Source: Azolla caroliniana (Eukaryota; Plantae; Polypodiophyta). Taken from it: a stretch of DNA of 64,000 nucleotides. The translations under genes were made by a program, and so were the position numbers. The stretch is from positions 2,542,001-2,606,000 of the forward strand of contig JBHGNT010000009.1 of NCBI GenBank assembly GCA_043228905.1, given 5' to 3'. The notes below the pieces were generated by a model. It was not told the origin of the DNA. It saw nothing but the letters and a program-made list of their open reading frames with translations, and ran no database searches. The stretch's first letter is position 1. Each line of letters opens with the position of its first letter. This document shows, in pieces, positions 34,975 to 48,500 of the stretch.

Positions 34975-36609
34975 TGTTTATCCGTACATGGTACTTGGTT
35001 CACCCTATGTTATAGGCCTCCATATTTATAAACCCTAAACTCATTGCCTCTCCACTTAGAAAAGCATAACAATCAATTGATCTTCCCTCACATTTGTCTA
35101 TTTAATTATCCATAATATCCCTCATTAGACTTTTTAGAAAATGGACTAATGTATTTTTATTTCCATAGTCACTAGACACCAACACACATTCAATAGCCTT
35201 CTTAACATCTTTCTATTTAGTTACAATGTGTGCCGCACCCACTAAAAATGCTATAAAATTAACTCCATTTATACAATTTGTCATACTCTCTTGGTTGACA
35301 TCATACTTATGGTGCAAATGTAGAATGAATACATATTATTTTCAAAATAACTAAGGTTGGATGTAGGAAAAGTTTAATAACAATTATGTAATGATGGATA
35401 ATTAACAATAGATTAAGTGCTAAAGAACAACGTGAAAGCATGCACTTCCATATCCAATTGAAGATTTTAAATTATTCTAGCCAACTAATATGTTCTTGAT
35501 TCAAACATATAAACATAACATGAAGTTTTGCTTTACGACCTCACCATTGTGAGCTCAAGCTCAATACAGGGGTTTAGTCTTATGTTTATTATGCAAGATA
35601 TTTATATATAGACCTTGGAACCATGTGCAATATAGTTAGCTCTTGGGTATATGGCTTTACAAATAATGTTACACTCTTTGTCTTCAATGGGTTTAGATTG
35701 GTGTCAATCTTAAAAATCTTGAGAATTAAATAAGCATAAATTGTCTCAGCGAGAAATACCTTTGTCCCTTTGAAACTTCTAGAAACATCCTAAAGAAGTA
35801 TGCAACAAACCTAAATCCATGAATTTAAATTTGGAGCTTAACTTTTGCTAGAGCCTAGGACCAAGTATGTCCAAGTTTCATATTGCTAGACTAGACCACC
35901 TTGTCCACATAAAAATATATGCTCCCTTTCCGTTTTGACATAGGGGCTACATGGGTTGGACACCCCTTAAATCCGCTCAACTCCCAAGCCTTGACGAAAG
36001 GGAAACTACCTTCGAAATTGCCAAAACAAAAAGGCTTGGGTAGCAAGACAAACAATGGACAGTATAAACTTCGTGACCCAAAAATTGATGGTACTGATAA
36101 CATTGAGGGACTCATAATAGTGGGAGGTTGCAAGGCAATGGCAACTTGGGGATTGTCATTGAGCATCCCTCGATGTCTAAGAAAAGTAAGTTATCGATGG
36201 CTCTTCTGTACGAGACTTATCATCTACGCTTGCAACATTTCGTACTGAATATATATAGCTCACATCCAAGCATTTGGTTGGGGAACGGGGCAAAACCCAT
36301 GAAGCTCTAGAAACAAAATGCCTGCTAGGTTGTATGCTCTTGGAAATAGGATTACTCACCAAGCTCCAGAGTTGACACGAGGACCTATCACAAGAATAGT
36401 CAAGAAGACCTAGAATAGGCCTCTCTCCAAGTCCATACATGTCTATTGCCAGGGTTCTTCATCCTCCATAATAATCGGCAAACTTTCTTGATTTCGTGGA
36501 TGTTGGAGTGGAATAGGTGGCATATAATGGGAAATATACCCATCACCTCATGTTATGTCATTGGTGCTTTCTCAATGGATACAAAGTTCTTTGCAATGCA
36601 TCATGAGCC

Positions 36610-37071
36610 TAAGAGTCGACAATGGTTATGTTTGAACCGAACTGAACCATGAAACTACAACTTAACAGTTTAAACAGTTCAATTCAGGTTCAAGTTTTTT
36701 TAATGGTTGGGTTTTGGTTTGGGGGGTGAACGGTTCGATTTGGTTCGGTTTCAATTATTAGAAACCGTGTTTTAAACCTTTTAAATGGTTTAATGGTTTT
36801 TTTGTTTTTTTAAGAGAAACTTTTCATTTCAAAGCCTCATTCTCACATATTAGCAAAATTTTTAAATTTTGAATTTTGACCTAAGTTGAAAACCAAAACC
36901 AAACCACGAAACTGCGGTTTTAATGGTTAACGGTTTGGATTTTTTTAAACAGTTCAGTTTAAATGGTTTCAGTTCAAATGGTTTTGTGGTTCAGTTTGGT
37001 TCAAGTTTCAAGATTTTTAAACGGTTCGATTTTGAAACTCTCAAACCGAACCGAACCATTACCAATTGTTA
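36610..37071. mobile_element. hAT-like MITE copy 1
   Basis: Degenerate TIRs TAAGAGTCGACAATGGTT / AACCATTACCAATTGTTA, AACCG-rich subtermini; collinear with 37308-37728. Confidence 0.65.
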
Positions 37072-37307
37072 GGTGAACCTTCCAAATCGTTCAACTTGAA
37101 AAGCTCAATGATTACTCCACCAAAACCTTCCCTTAATATATCGATTCAAAAAGTTGGATTTTACATCCATATGCTACACTTCTACTCTATGCTTTAAACA
37201 CTACCAAACTCATTTTGAGCCTTATCATTCAAATCAAAACATTCCTCAAAATCCACACTCTTTTATTACATTTACATGTTGATCACATATTATATGTTGG
37301 GTGTTTT

Positions 37308-37728
37308 TAACAATCGGCAACGGTTCAGTTTGAACCAACCAACCACGAAACCGCAACTTAACGGTTTAAATGGTTAAGTTTAGGTTCAGGTTTTTTGAAC
37401 GGTTCGGTTTCAACCATTAGAAACTGCGGTTTAAACGGTTTCTTATTTTTTTAATTTGTAAAAAAAAAATTAATTAAAAAATTTGTTTTAAAACAATATT
37501 TTCATTTTTAGACCTTATTTTCGCATTTTAGGAACATCTTTAAAAAAAATTTAAAATAAAATATTTTTAATTCAAAAAAATCAAAATTTTAAAATTTTAA
37601 AATTTTAAATTTGACCTAAGTTGAAAACCAAAACCAAACCACGAAACCACGGTTTTTACAGTTTGCATTTTTGTTAAATGGTTCGGTTTTGACCCTCTCA
37701 AACCGAACCGAACCGTTGCCAATTGTTA
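37308..37728. mobile_element. hAT-like MITE copy 2
   Basis: TIRs TAACAATCGGCAACGGTTC / GAACCGTTGCCAATTGTTA; the 8-bp flanks GGTGTTTT / GGTGTATC match at 6 of 8 positions, consistent with an aged hAT TSD. Confidence 0.75.
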
Positions 37729-38548
37729 GGTGTATCCACGTACTTCTTCTTTTGTAAAGAAAGATGCACCTTAGTATATTACTTGAAAACTCTACATAGA
37801 AAAAATAGAAGGAGACATTTCATCTCACTTCTTATTTTAAGATACAAAAGCTAGTACATCTGATCAAACAAATGATGTCATATATGAAACAAGTAGAACA
37901 ATACTATCAACTATCCAACATAAAAGAAGGTATGGCATAATTCCACTTCAGACTAGTAGTTGTGTCCAAAAATAAACGTAATAGTACGCCAAATAACCAG
38001 ATTTTTAATTTTGAATCACGGAATAGAAGAAGGAAATGAGGTGAGAGAGAGGTGTCCATAAGAAAAACGAAAAACATGAAAAGCATGCGTACTTTCATAC
38101 CTCATAACCTCTCCATGAAGTTTTCCAAATAATTACGAATATCCACATACTTAGTTTTCCAAATACTTACGAATATTGTACTTAGTTTTCCAAATGCACT
38201 TGGTCTAATTTGTTTTCTTCTTAAGTTTATCAACTAGGTTTCGTGTATGAATATCCATTATACTTTGTAGCTCGAGCTCAATAGCCTCTTTTTACGTACA
38301 TCTTTTTTATTTCTAAACAACATATCCTTCCATTAGTTTTAAAAAGGCATATCAACTACAAAATACAAAAAAGATGGAAAGGGAGCGACTATCCTTCCCA
38401 AGCCCATCTTGTGTACGACAATGACTGCCATTGATCTTTCTCCATTTAAAACTGCCCATATTGCCAATATGGGTCCATAGATCATACCATTACACCACGT
38501 AAGACCAAAACGGTTGAGCCCACTTATTTTACCAAAATGAGAGATGAT

Positions 38549-38880
38549 TTAGAGATATATAGCCTCCAATATGTGACTTTCAGCATACATGCTTGACCTC
38601 AATGCATATCCTACCATTGTATCAGCAGGATCCAATTTGATAGCTTCATTCAAGCACAATTTCCCCCTATTTACATTGCCAAAGCATCTACATGCTATTA
38701 ATAAGGTCAACCAAGTACACATATCTGCTGCTATTGTCATTGTTTGAAGCATCAACTCAGCCTCTTTAAGACAACCAGATTGCCCAAGTAGTTGAACCAT
38801 GCAATTATAATGCTCAATACAAGCATACCCTTCTTCAACATTTTCTACATGATTGCAAGCTAACAAAATACTAGTACTTT
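38549..38880 (-). pseudogene. PLS-class PPR fragment (last repeats plus E domain)
   Basis: SILLACNH..VEEG..IEHYNCMVQLLGQSGCLKEAE..WLTLLIACRCFGNV..GYALRSSMYA; upstream repeats are absent, replaced by copia sequence. Confidence 0.75.
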
Positions 38881-38889
38881 CCTTTCTAC

Positions 38890-40635
38890 ATGATTGCATG
38901 CAATTTCCTTTTTGATGAGGGTTGGGAGTCTGATGATGACTCCTTTCGACTACATTCCCTTGAGCTTTTGTAAATTGATGTGGCCTATCCTCTTGTGCCA
39001 CAACTCTATGTCGGGTTTGGCTCTCTAGCCTTTGGCATACATTGCTGAGTTCATCTCGTGGGAGTTGAGGATAAACATTCGACCCTCTCTCCAACCGCGA
39101 GCGATAAGTCAGCCTTTTTTTTCGATGAAGCATCCTTGAATGGGGTGAATTGTGTCATCCCTAGTTTCCACATAGTTGGTCCGTTCGGGCTTTCGTAGTT
39201 CCTTGAACCAATCCTCGTGGGATGTCATGTGGTTTGATGCACCCGAGTCGACAAACCATACATTTTCTGGTTTGGAGGTGTTGGTCGGGTTGGAGGCTGA
39301 CATGGAGTTTGCTTTGTGCCTCATCACAAACATTCTGCCACGATTGTCGTAGTCGGAGTTGGAGGTGTAGTTTGTGAGTTGTCGGCTTATGGAGGCCGAT
39401 TCACTCTTCTTTTTCTGACATTCTGCCTCATAGTGGCCGAATTTACCACAATATTTGCACTGGGCGGGATTATTTTGACGGTTGGGTCCGATCTTGCTCC
39501 CCCTTCTTCCGGACGCTCAGCCTTGCGCGTTTGAAACATCTTGTCGTAGTCAGAGTTGGAGGTGTAGTTTTTGAGTTGTCGGCTTATGGAGGCCGAGTCA
39601 CTCTTCTTTTTCCGACACTTTGCCCCATAGTGGCCAAATTTACCACAGTATTTGCACTAGGCGGGATTATTTTGACGGTTGGGTCTGATCTTGCTCCCCC
39701 TTCTTCCGGACGCTCAACCTCACGTGTTTGAAACGTCTTGTCGGTAGTAGAAGTTATGTTCTTGGGGTTGCTCTTGGTTGTGTCGGCCTTGGCCGAATTA
39801 GGCTCTTCTTCCATGACCTTGTCCTCTTCCTCCATCGAAATTTGAATAGAGCATTTGTCCTTCTTGCACATTGCTTCTTGTTCGAACATGATTCTCCTCA
39901 ACTGGAGATCAAAGGTGGGAGGATTCTCCCTCGCAAGGATTGCCGACCGAATGGCTCTGAACCGAGGTGCTAAGCCTCCAAGGCAAGTCTGCACCATTTC
40001 ATCGTCGTCAATGCTAACATTGATCGACCTGAGGGCATCACACAACTCCTTGATCTTCAAGGTGTAGCTGTTGATTGACATGTCCCTCTATTATATACCG
40101 TTCAACTCTTGACGGAGTTGAAGCTTTCTTGTGGTGGTGTTGGCCGCGAAAATCTTCTTGAGGTTCCCCCATGCCTCTTTCGGCGTTTTGGCCTCTCCGA
40201 TGTAGTCGAGCATGTGATCATGGACGCTTGATGCAAAGCAATACAACACACGACTCACCGCTTGTTCCCATGCTAGGCAATCGACATGTGTTGAGTTGGG
40301 TTGGTTTTCGTTTGCTCCTTCGACATAGCTCCAATAGCCTTGGCCGACAAGGTATTGGTGCATCTTGTACTCCTAAGATGCAAAGTTGTTTCTATCGAGC
40401 TTCTCGGTGGGAAGAGTGCTTCCCATCTGAGTGTTCATTGTCGAACTTCTTCTTCTTCTCATCTTTGATACAAACTTTGCAGGTTGCTGCTACAACGATA
40501 AGCCAGTTCTTTCCGAATACGGGATTAAGCACAACACAAGCAGAGGCAATGGGTTTTGATCAAGCAACCACACACTCTGATACCATGTAAAGAATCGGTG
40601 ATGATTTTTTGTAGGGGAAGAACTGTGTGTGTGTG

Positions 40636-40682
<47 letters not shown>

Positions 40683-40955
40683 ACAAAAAAATTGTATTAA
40701 TAAGGAAAACAAGAATGTCCAACAACATTACAAACAGAAGAAGAAGGTGCTTATGTAGTCACCTTCTCTCTAAGTTCTCTCACTAGTACCGCCTCTTGTG
40801 AAAGAGGTCGTGTCTTAACTACTTAAAGAATATGTGTCAATAGGACATTAACTTCTATGACACACTAGTTACTATACAAGGAAGTGGGGTGTTCCCACAC
40901 TTGAGTATCCTAGAGTGTGTTCCCACTCATGGGAAGTTGAGTTTGATTCTCAACA
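38890..40955 (-). mobile_element. Truncated, decayed Ty1/copia element related to 4538-8984
   Basis: LTR 40955-40586 (TGTTGAGAATC...CTTTACA), PBS TGGTATCAGAGT, gag MHQYLVGQGYWSY..KTPKEAWGNL, zinc knuckle CKYCGKFGHY.AEC, protease WFVDSGASNHMT, pre-integrase ELWHKRIGHIN. It stops before integrase and RT. Confidence 0.88.
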
Positions 40956-42177
40956 ATTCCTTTAGGAATTACAAGGCTTTTTTTTTGTGAAACCTCAGAA
41001 AGTTCATGATGTTGGCTACTGCTAGAATCTAATCTAGTATTTTTTGTGGATTTCACAATTATATTATCTTTTGCTTCAATCAAAGATGGTCTTTCCTCAT
41101 CAACTTGCATATTCCTTTGCACTTGCTTTGCCCCTACTTAGCGCCCATATGGGCGAGGAAATATCTTTTCTTGCATATGTTTAACAATTAAATCTTGGCT
41201 CATATTCTCGTGTTCTGATTTTGAATCCTCTCTTTGAATAAATCAAATGCATTATTATTGGTTTCTAGCAAGAGCTTGATCTTGACCAAATTAATCTTGT
41301 TAAATCGGTGGTTTGACACTCCATTCTCAAGTGAAATGGAATGAGTTTCACTCTTTAAGGCAGAATTCTCTGTTGTTGTGGGGTGGGGTGGTCATACTAG
41401 TATGTTCAATATTTGTGTGTGTGTTGGGGGGGGGGGGGGGGGGGGGGGGGTCGGTAAATATAGTCATGATCTTTGTCATGTTTATTTCAAATAACATTCA
41501 TATCAATAACCTATAATGACATTATTCTTCATCATGGGGTGGGGTGATCATACTAGTGTGCTCAACCTTGGTGTGGAGGAATAAAGATAATCATGGTCTT
41601 TGTGGTGATCGTGATGATTGTGATTGTGTCAAGGTTCCTTATAGATGATAGTTTAGATAAGGACCTTTGGTTGAACATCCTAAATCACCGCCCTAGGCAA
41701 TAGACCACTTCCATTGGCAATTCTATATCAACAACCTTTATTTCCACCCACAAAGAGCCCAATTGGCCAAACAACTACAATCCGACCATATATGTTAGAG
41801 CCCAAGGTTGGGGGTGATTTACCCACCTTGTCCACATAACCGATGACAAACTGGTTTCAATGGACTACAAGATGGTGAGTTTTTATCACACTATACAGAT
41901 GTAAACTTGACCTAGTCCCTTCCCTATGTACGTGTTACGAAGTGAGAACACATGGGGTTCGGAAAACATAAAGTGTGAAGTTGCGATGTGCGTGTAGCCC
42001 TTAGTGCATGTGAAATCAGAAACCTTATACGTGAGAGTCACATCCTAGGATGTGGGGAAAAAAGCAAAAAGCAAAAAGCAAAAAGAAAAAACATATATTT
42101 TAGAAAATAAAATAAATAAATATGATAAAAAAGTGAATGAAACAAAACAAAATATTTGATTTAGGAAACCTTCTCCT

Positions 42178-42250
42178 CAAAAAGAAAAAGAAAAAGAAAA
42201 AGAAAAAGAAAAAGAAAAAGAAAAAGAAAAAGGAAAAAGGAAAAAGAAAA
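42178..42250 (+). repeat. (GAAAAA)n-like purine repeat upstream of LSD1-like gene
   Basis: Directly visible. Confidence 0.85.
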
Positions 42251-42547
42251 AAATAGAACAAAAAAAATACAGGAAAAATAAGAAGCAGGTTTTGGATAGG
42301 AGGAGGTCCAGAGAGTCGAGTCAAAATCGAAGAAGCGAGAGAAAGGTGTCTCTGCTGCTGCAGAGAAACTCTTCTTTCTTTTTCTTCCTCTTCTGTTAGG
42401 GTTTTTGCACATTCCTTCCCTATATTCCTAGAGCTTCTCTGTGTGTCCCCTGTGTCTCTCTCCATATCCTCTGTTTGTAGGGTTTCTACTTCACGCCGTT
42501 TCTAAGGTTTCAGCATATCACTTTATCTTTCTTCATCTCTAATCCAA

Positions 42548-45500
42548 ATGCCTGTTCCTCTTGTTCCTTACCCGCCTCAGCCTCAAATGGCTTCCTCCCC
42601 TCCCTCAGGTAAACAAAAAATCTCTTCTTCTTATTCCAATGAACATTTTACTCTTTTTTTCTGATATTAGGTCCGATTCATCTGAATTGCATTACTCTAT
42701 GTACGCTTACTAATATCTTCTTTTGTGTGTTTTTGAACTTGTACAGGGTCTCAAGGACAACTTGTATGCAGTGGTTGCAGAACTCTTCTTCTTTACCCCC
42801 AAGGAGCTGCAAATGTAAGATGTGCTCTTTGTAGCATGGTTACAGCTGTCCCCCCCCCAGGTGAGTTACACTCTAAAGTTTGAAGATTTCTGTTGTCCTG
42901 ATTGTATATATCTATGTTATAATCAGCTCAGGCTATTGTTTATTTATATCATTTAATGAACGAGAGGGAAGAAGACATAACTTTTCACCCCTTGAGATAT
43001 GGTTTCATTAATTTAATTCAATTTCATAGATAGAAAACATAAACTGTAATCTCCTGACCTATGTTTGATTGTGATATCGAATGCTGTATAGAAAAGTTAA
43101 GTTGTAATCACATGAGCTATGTTTTCCTTGATTTAAATTTAATTGTGATAGAAAACATAAGTTGGAATAATCCCCTGAGCTATGTTTAACTTGGTTTAAT
43201 TCAATCAGATAGAGAAATAGGATTGATCTATGTTTCTTATTGAATATCTCTAAATTATAACCCTCTCAGATACGGTCAGCTTGCAAGAAACCAACTTTTG
43301 ATTTCTCGTCCATCGCTTATGTTTTTGAAGGTATTTGAAGCTTTTTACCATTTCAAGTGGCTCATTATTCTATACAATGCACTGAGAGTCTTCACAAACA
43401 TTTCCTTTTGCTTTAGAGCTATTGACAGTCAACTCATTATGTATGCAATAGTTTTCGGAGATGCTCATAAACTCTATGCATATTCTAGAGTAATTTCTAA
43501 AAGTATTACATAATCTACATTTAACAAAGTATCATGATCACATCCCAATGGTAACCTCTTCAATTGCTTCATGCAATATAAAGAATCATTTACCTCTTGT
43601 TCCAGTTCATCAATGCATAGCAAAAAATAAGTTGGTGAGAGTGGGTATCTTGCTTAGTAATATCATTAGTATTAGTGAATGAATTTAAAATTCCATCTCA
43701 TATGCACTTGAATTATATCACCTTCTCATAGATGCAATAAATTGGAAGCATATATTCACTTGTTCCTTTTAACAGCATGTGCTTCATGATAAAAGTTTTC
43801 TCTGTGCTTGAACAATGACCAGCATGAAATCAATCCATTTGTATTCTATTGTTGTATCACTTTAGATATTTTTCCCTTTAGATACCATGTCCAAAAACAG
43901 GCATCTTGACATCCCTTATCGAAACATTATGACATTTTCGATTTGAGCTATGTATATTGGTGCATTTGCAAGGCGTTATGCTTTAAGGAAACCTTTTGCT
44001 CTGCAAGTTCAAATTGTTGGTATGAACAACTGTCAACGACCCTTATGTGTGCAATTAATGGAAAAAATGGCACATTGAATGGGGTATATGGGTTAGTCAT
44101 TGGGAATGCGAGGTATTCTTGGGTTAGTTCATACTTCATTCATTAAACTGTATTCACAGGTGTTCTCTTAGGATCACTGGTTATATCAAATATCTGTTTG
44201 TCCATCCTCTTGTTTAATTTGCTTGAAAGCTTCCCATTGGCATCCTAGTATGACATCATTTTGGAGTGTTGTATTTTTGTAATATCTCCTCAACTTTCTT
44301 GGCATAGAAAGGTGCTTTTTTAAAGCCTACACACAAATATGATTACCTTACAATATTCGCATGTTGGAAATCTTCAATTCATTTAAAATCAATGAAAAAC
44401 GTATTGCAATCCCATTCCAAAGCAAATCAACCAGGTAAAACTAGTACATGAGTCAATTGATACCTTCGAACATGGCATATTTACTCATTCTGTCATTTTT
44501 ACTACATGTAAAGACATCAATACGACTCCATGAATATGCATAATGTGCAATGAGAAATCTGGTTCTATTCCAGAAGTATACTTAACTTGAATATTTTTAT
44601 CAAAAATATAAGTTCAACCATACATATGTATATCCATTTGCTTCCTTGAGATATGTGACATGAAAACTTGTTATCATGTTGCAATGTTCTCATTTGAACA
44701 TTCATGTCACCAATCACTAAAATCAATAACCTCTCCCTTAGCTTTGAAGTAAACAATGTCAGCTTTCTAGATTGGGACTCTAGACATTATTATTTGGGAA
44801 ACATTTTCCACCTTTTCAGTGGGTTTTTGTACAAGGAGTCATGGCTTTACCCTTCCCATCATGTAAGGTTGTATTGGACTACTCAAGGTATTGGAGTAAG
44901 TATTACAATTGATGTATGATACATGGGTTCTTGTTCGATGGTCTCCATGGAATATCACTAGAGGTATGTTGGCTGAAATGAAAATTGACATGGAAATTTC
45001 ACAATTATGCTCTACGGGCACCTTGTCCTTTAAGGGGCTGTCATTATGTCACTTAGTCTTACAACATCCTGAAGTGTTTACTTTGCTACATTGCCCTCAC
45101 TATTGTAGAATGAATATATACACTAATTTTATGTAGAGAAAAGAATGAAAGATATGTTAATATCTACCAGAGGTAAATTGGCCCATGAGACAAACCATGA
45201 TTATAAATATGAGTGGATTAATGTTATCCATGTTGAAAGAAAAATAAAATCTCTAGGTTTCTTGAAGCTCCATTATCATGATCCTAATGCATGTTGTGGA
45301 ATGATTTTAGAGATGGTTTCCAAGCATGAAATAGATAGTGAATACGTATGAGAGTAGTGGTGGTTGGTATTTGTTTCTGAGGTTGGTTGGTGTGGTGAAA
45401 CAAGGCTTTGATGAAGTTTAATAAATGCATCTGGTGTCCTTGTCTGGATCAGACATGGCAAGCAACGATCTCCATGATCTAATGGTGGCATGGCTTATGT

Positions 45501-48500
45501 GCCTGATATCCTAGTACTCATGGTCTCTGCTGTCATCAGCATTCCTAGTTCGTTCTATTGTGTTCTGATATCGCTATTTGTTTTTATGCTTAGACAGCTG
45601 TACATGTGATTCTTTGAGGTGGCATGGTTCAAATCCAGATGATTAGGTTCACTGTCTAGAATTATGCTTCTATCATCACAGGTGGTGCTGCCAATTCAGC
45701 ACAAATTTTTTGTGTGGGGCGGATGCTTTACTATTGATGATCTGGGACAATATCATGACTAATTGCCAGTTGTTTCCACATGTACATGAAAAGGGCCTGG
45801 AGCCCATATGGCTGCAACAACAAGGGGAGGGGTGACCATGGCATTCGATAACCACACGTTGATATCGGGCTCTTGGAAGTTTGCTTGGTGGCACTTTTAT
45901 TCTAGCATGGTTAGAGCTGCATATTTTCGAGTGAAAGAAAGAGCAAAAATCAACCTATAGGAGAAATCATGATTACAAATATGGGTGAATTCAAGTCTTC
46001 CATACTAAATAAAAAACAAAAGCTCATGTTTGGTAAAGCTCCATGATCATTATCTGAATGCATGTGGTGGAATGATTTTTGAATGGCCCATGTGGCTTAT
46101 ATCCTGGTACTCTCAGTATCCCTTGTTGTTGGCTTTTCTCAGCTCATTCTACAGTGACTCCTTGGGATGCTATTAGTGGGGAGGTAAAGGGCTATGGAGC
46201 AAATCAATGGTTTGCAATTATCGTTGCATCCCGCGTGCTAATGTAAGGGTTGATTCCCTATGCTTATGAAGCTCAAGCAACATTCGCCCAAACTATTGTG
46301 GGTCAGCCTTCTCTATCATTTATTGAATGGTGATAAAGTCCACATGGGGTGGTAGTATATTTCTTTCTGCATGGGGTTGAAAACTGGGCATCTACACAAA
46401 ATGTTCCCTCACTTTTGATCTCTTCTTCACATAATTTGTCGAATCTTTCAGCTCTAGGCATGTAAAGTGCTTGTCCTGCCTCGATCTCCAGTTGATGGGA
46501 GGAAACTCTGAGTTGGCCTACTGCTTTGCAAGCACTATGGGGCATACAGATATCTATGTACCTCAATCTTTGTACGAATCCAACCGCTGAAAAGTTCATG
46601 AAAATTATCTTTGAAGTAGGCCATCTTTGGGGGAAGTGGTGTTCTTGGTGTGAGCCAAGTCTTTTTGGGTATAGAGCTGCCATAGAGCTTGCCACAATAC
46701 TTTGTTCCTTTCATGATTTGGGAGAGGTGTACAATATTGAAAGGGTGGCAAGTTCTGGATGTTGAGGTCATTATTGTTGAACCATCGAATCACTTGTCAA
46801 TACAATGATCCTTCTGTGTGTCTTGTTGTCACCATTTGCTTCAATGCTTCAAACATGGGAAAACATGATAGGTATCCTTATATTCCCAGGATTGTAGCAT
46901 TTGGACAATGTGTGGTAATGAAAACTATTGATAATGGAGGTATGGAGTATAGTAGAGAGTTGGGAGGTCATGGCATCAAAGGATGTGCTTGAATCTAGCC
47001 GGTATAATCTTTGTTGGGCATGTTGACTTTAAGTTTCTGCTAGTTCAAGAGTGAAGTGGTTGATTGCACGTCAATGCAGGGTTAGTGATGATGGAAAAGG
47101 TGTGGTTATAATGGTGTGCTGGATGCAAGAGTTGTGGAAAGATAACTGTTGTTGGCACTGAGTGAGTTGGATAAATTCTGGCAGTTTTACGTTGTATTGG
47201 GGCCAACATTGAGGTCTAACATTTACTGTAATATTTCAAATTGGACATTTTAGCATCTTGCTACTCCATCCTTAAAGCCTCTAGTAATTCCCATCCTTGA
47301 GTTTCACTTCAGTTGCATTGATTTAGACTCATAGCATATATTGCGCCTATTTTGTCAATGGGACATTAATACCAAAATATTTGAAACTTTGCACCTCTTG
47401 TTGGTTCACTGTCTTGTGTAAAAGTGTGGCAATGTGTTGATTGTATGGCCTTTTTTATTACCATCATTCTTGTTTTGTCCAAATTAACAAGTAACTTGCT
47501 GATTTAAAATGTTTCCAATATATCAAGTGTTGCATATAATTGAAAGCCATATGAGTGTAACATGATATCATTGGCATATAGGGGTGAAAAAAAGCTCTTT
47601 CATGAGTTGTGGACCATCTAATCCATTTTCTTTTGCAACCTTGTTCATTATTTTTTCTAGTTTATTAATGCATAAACCAAAGAGTGTGCAAGAGAGTGGT
47701 TTATGTATAAACCCTTGCTTGACCTACATCTTGCTCATACAATTGTGCTATAGCTGCTCTTGCTCAACATTCCGATCCCCATCAACAATATGACATTTTC
47801 CTTTAAAGTTGAATTTCTTCCATAATTACGTTTACATAATTTCTTAAAGTTGAGAGAGAGAGAGAGAGAGATTCTATTATCATCTTCGGAGGTCAAATAT
47901 GACCTATGAGACCAAAAATATTACATTTCAAATGATACGTGTGAAAGTGAGTAGCGACTCTCAATGTTCAAGAACTTTACCAATGGATGTTGCAATTGAG
48001 AGTGCACATTGTGGTTGTGAGAGAAATTTGTGTAAGGATTGGGCTCGGTCAAAGATATGTGGAAAGCATGGTCGAATATTAACAAAGGCAAGCATTGTAT
48101 CAAAGTGTGATTGTTACTTAGGCTCTCGAACTTGTTTAGGGAAAAGTGTGCATAGTCGACCACTCTCATCACTTGTGCCCCAACGCCCCGGTTCACATCG
48201 CAATGCATGTGAGCTAAGTCGCATGGAAGCAATGGTTCGACTAGCAGATAACGGGATGGTTGCTAACATGCATCGATGTGTACGGTTTCCCCATTCTGCG
48301 AAGAATATGGTTTTGTAGTTAGGCGCAACATGTGTAGTATAATGTGTGAAGCGTGAGCCTCCACATTTGACCCATGTCATGATACATTGGCATTGCAAAA
48401 AGGCCTCATTTATAGAGGAATCTAGAGAGAGAGAGAAAGAGAGAGAGACATAGGGTGCTAAAGAATCTAGATAGATTGAAACTCTAATAGGGTGCTTAAA

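Noticed and set aside
35880-36600. GC-richer stretch with several 60-110-aa ORFs
   Set aside because: I recognise no motif in any frame; it is possibly TE debris and cannot be called.
42100-42465. Phe-rich 121-aa and 83-aa ORFs
   Set aside because: They are translations of the (GAAAAA)n repeat.
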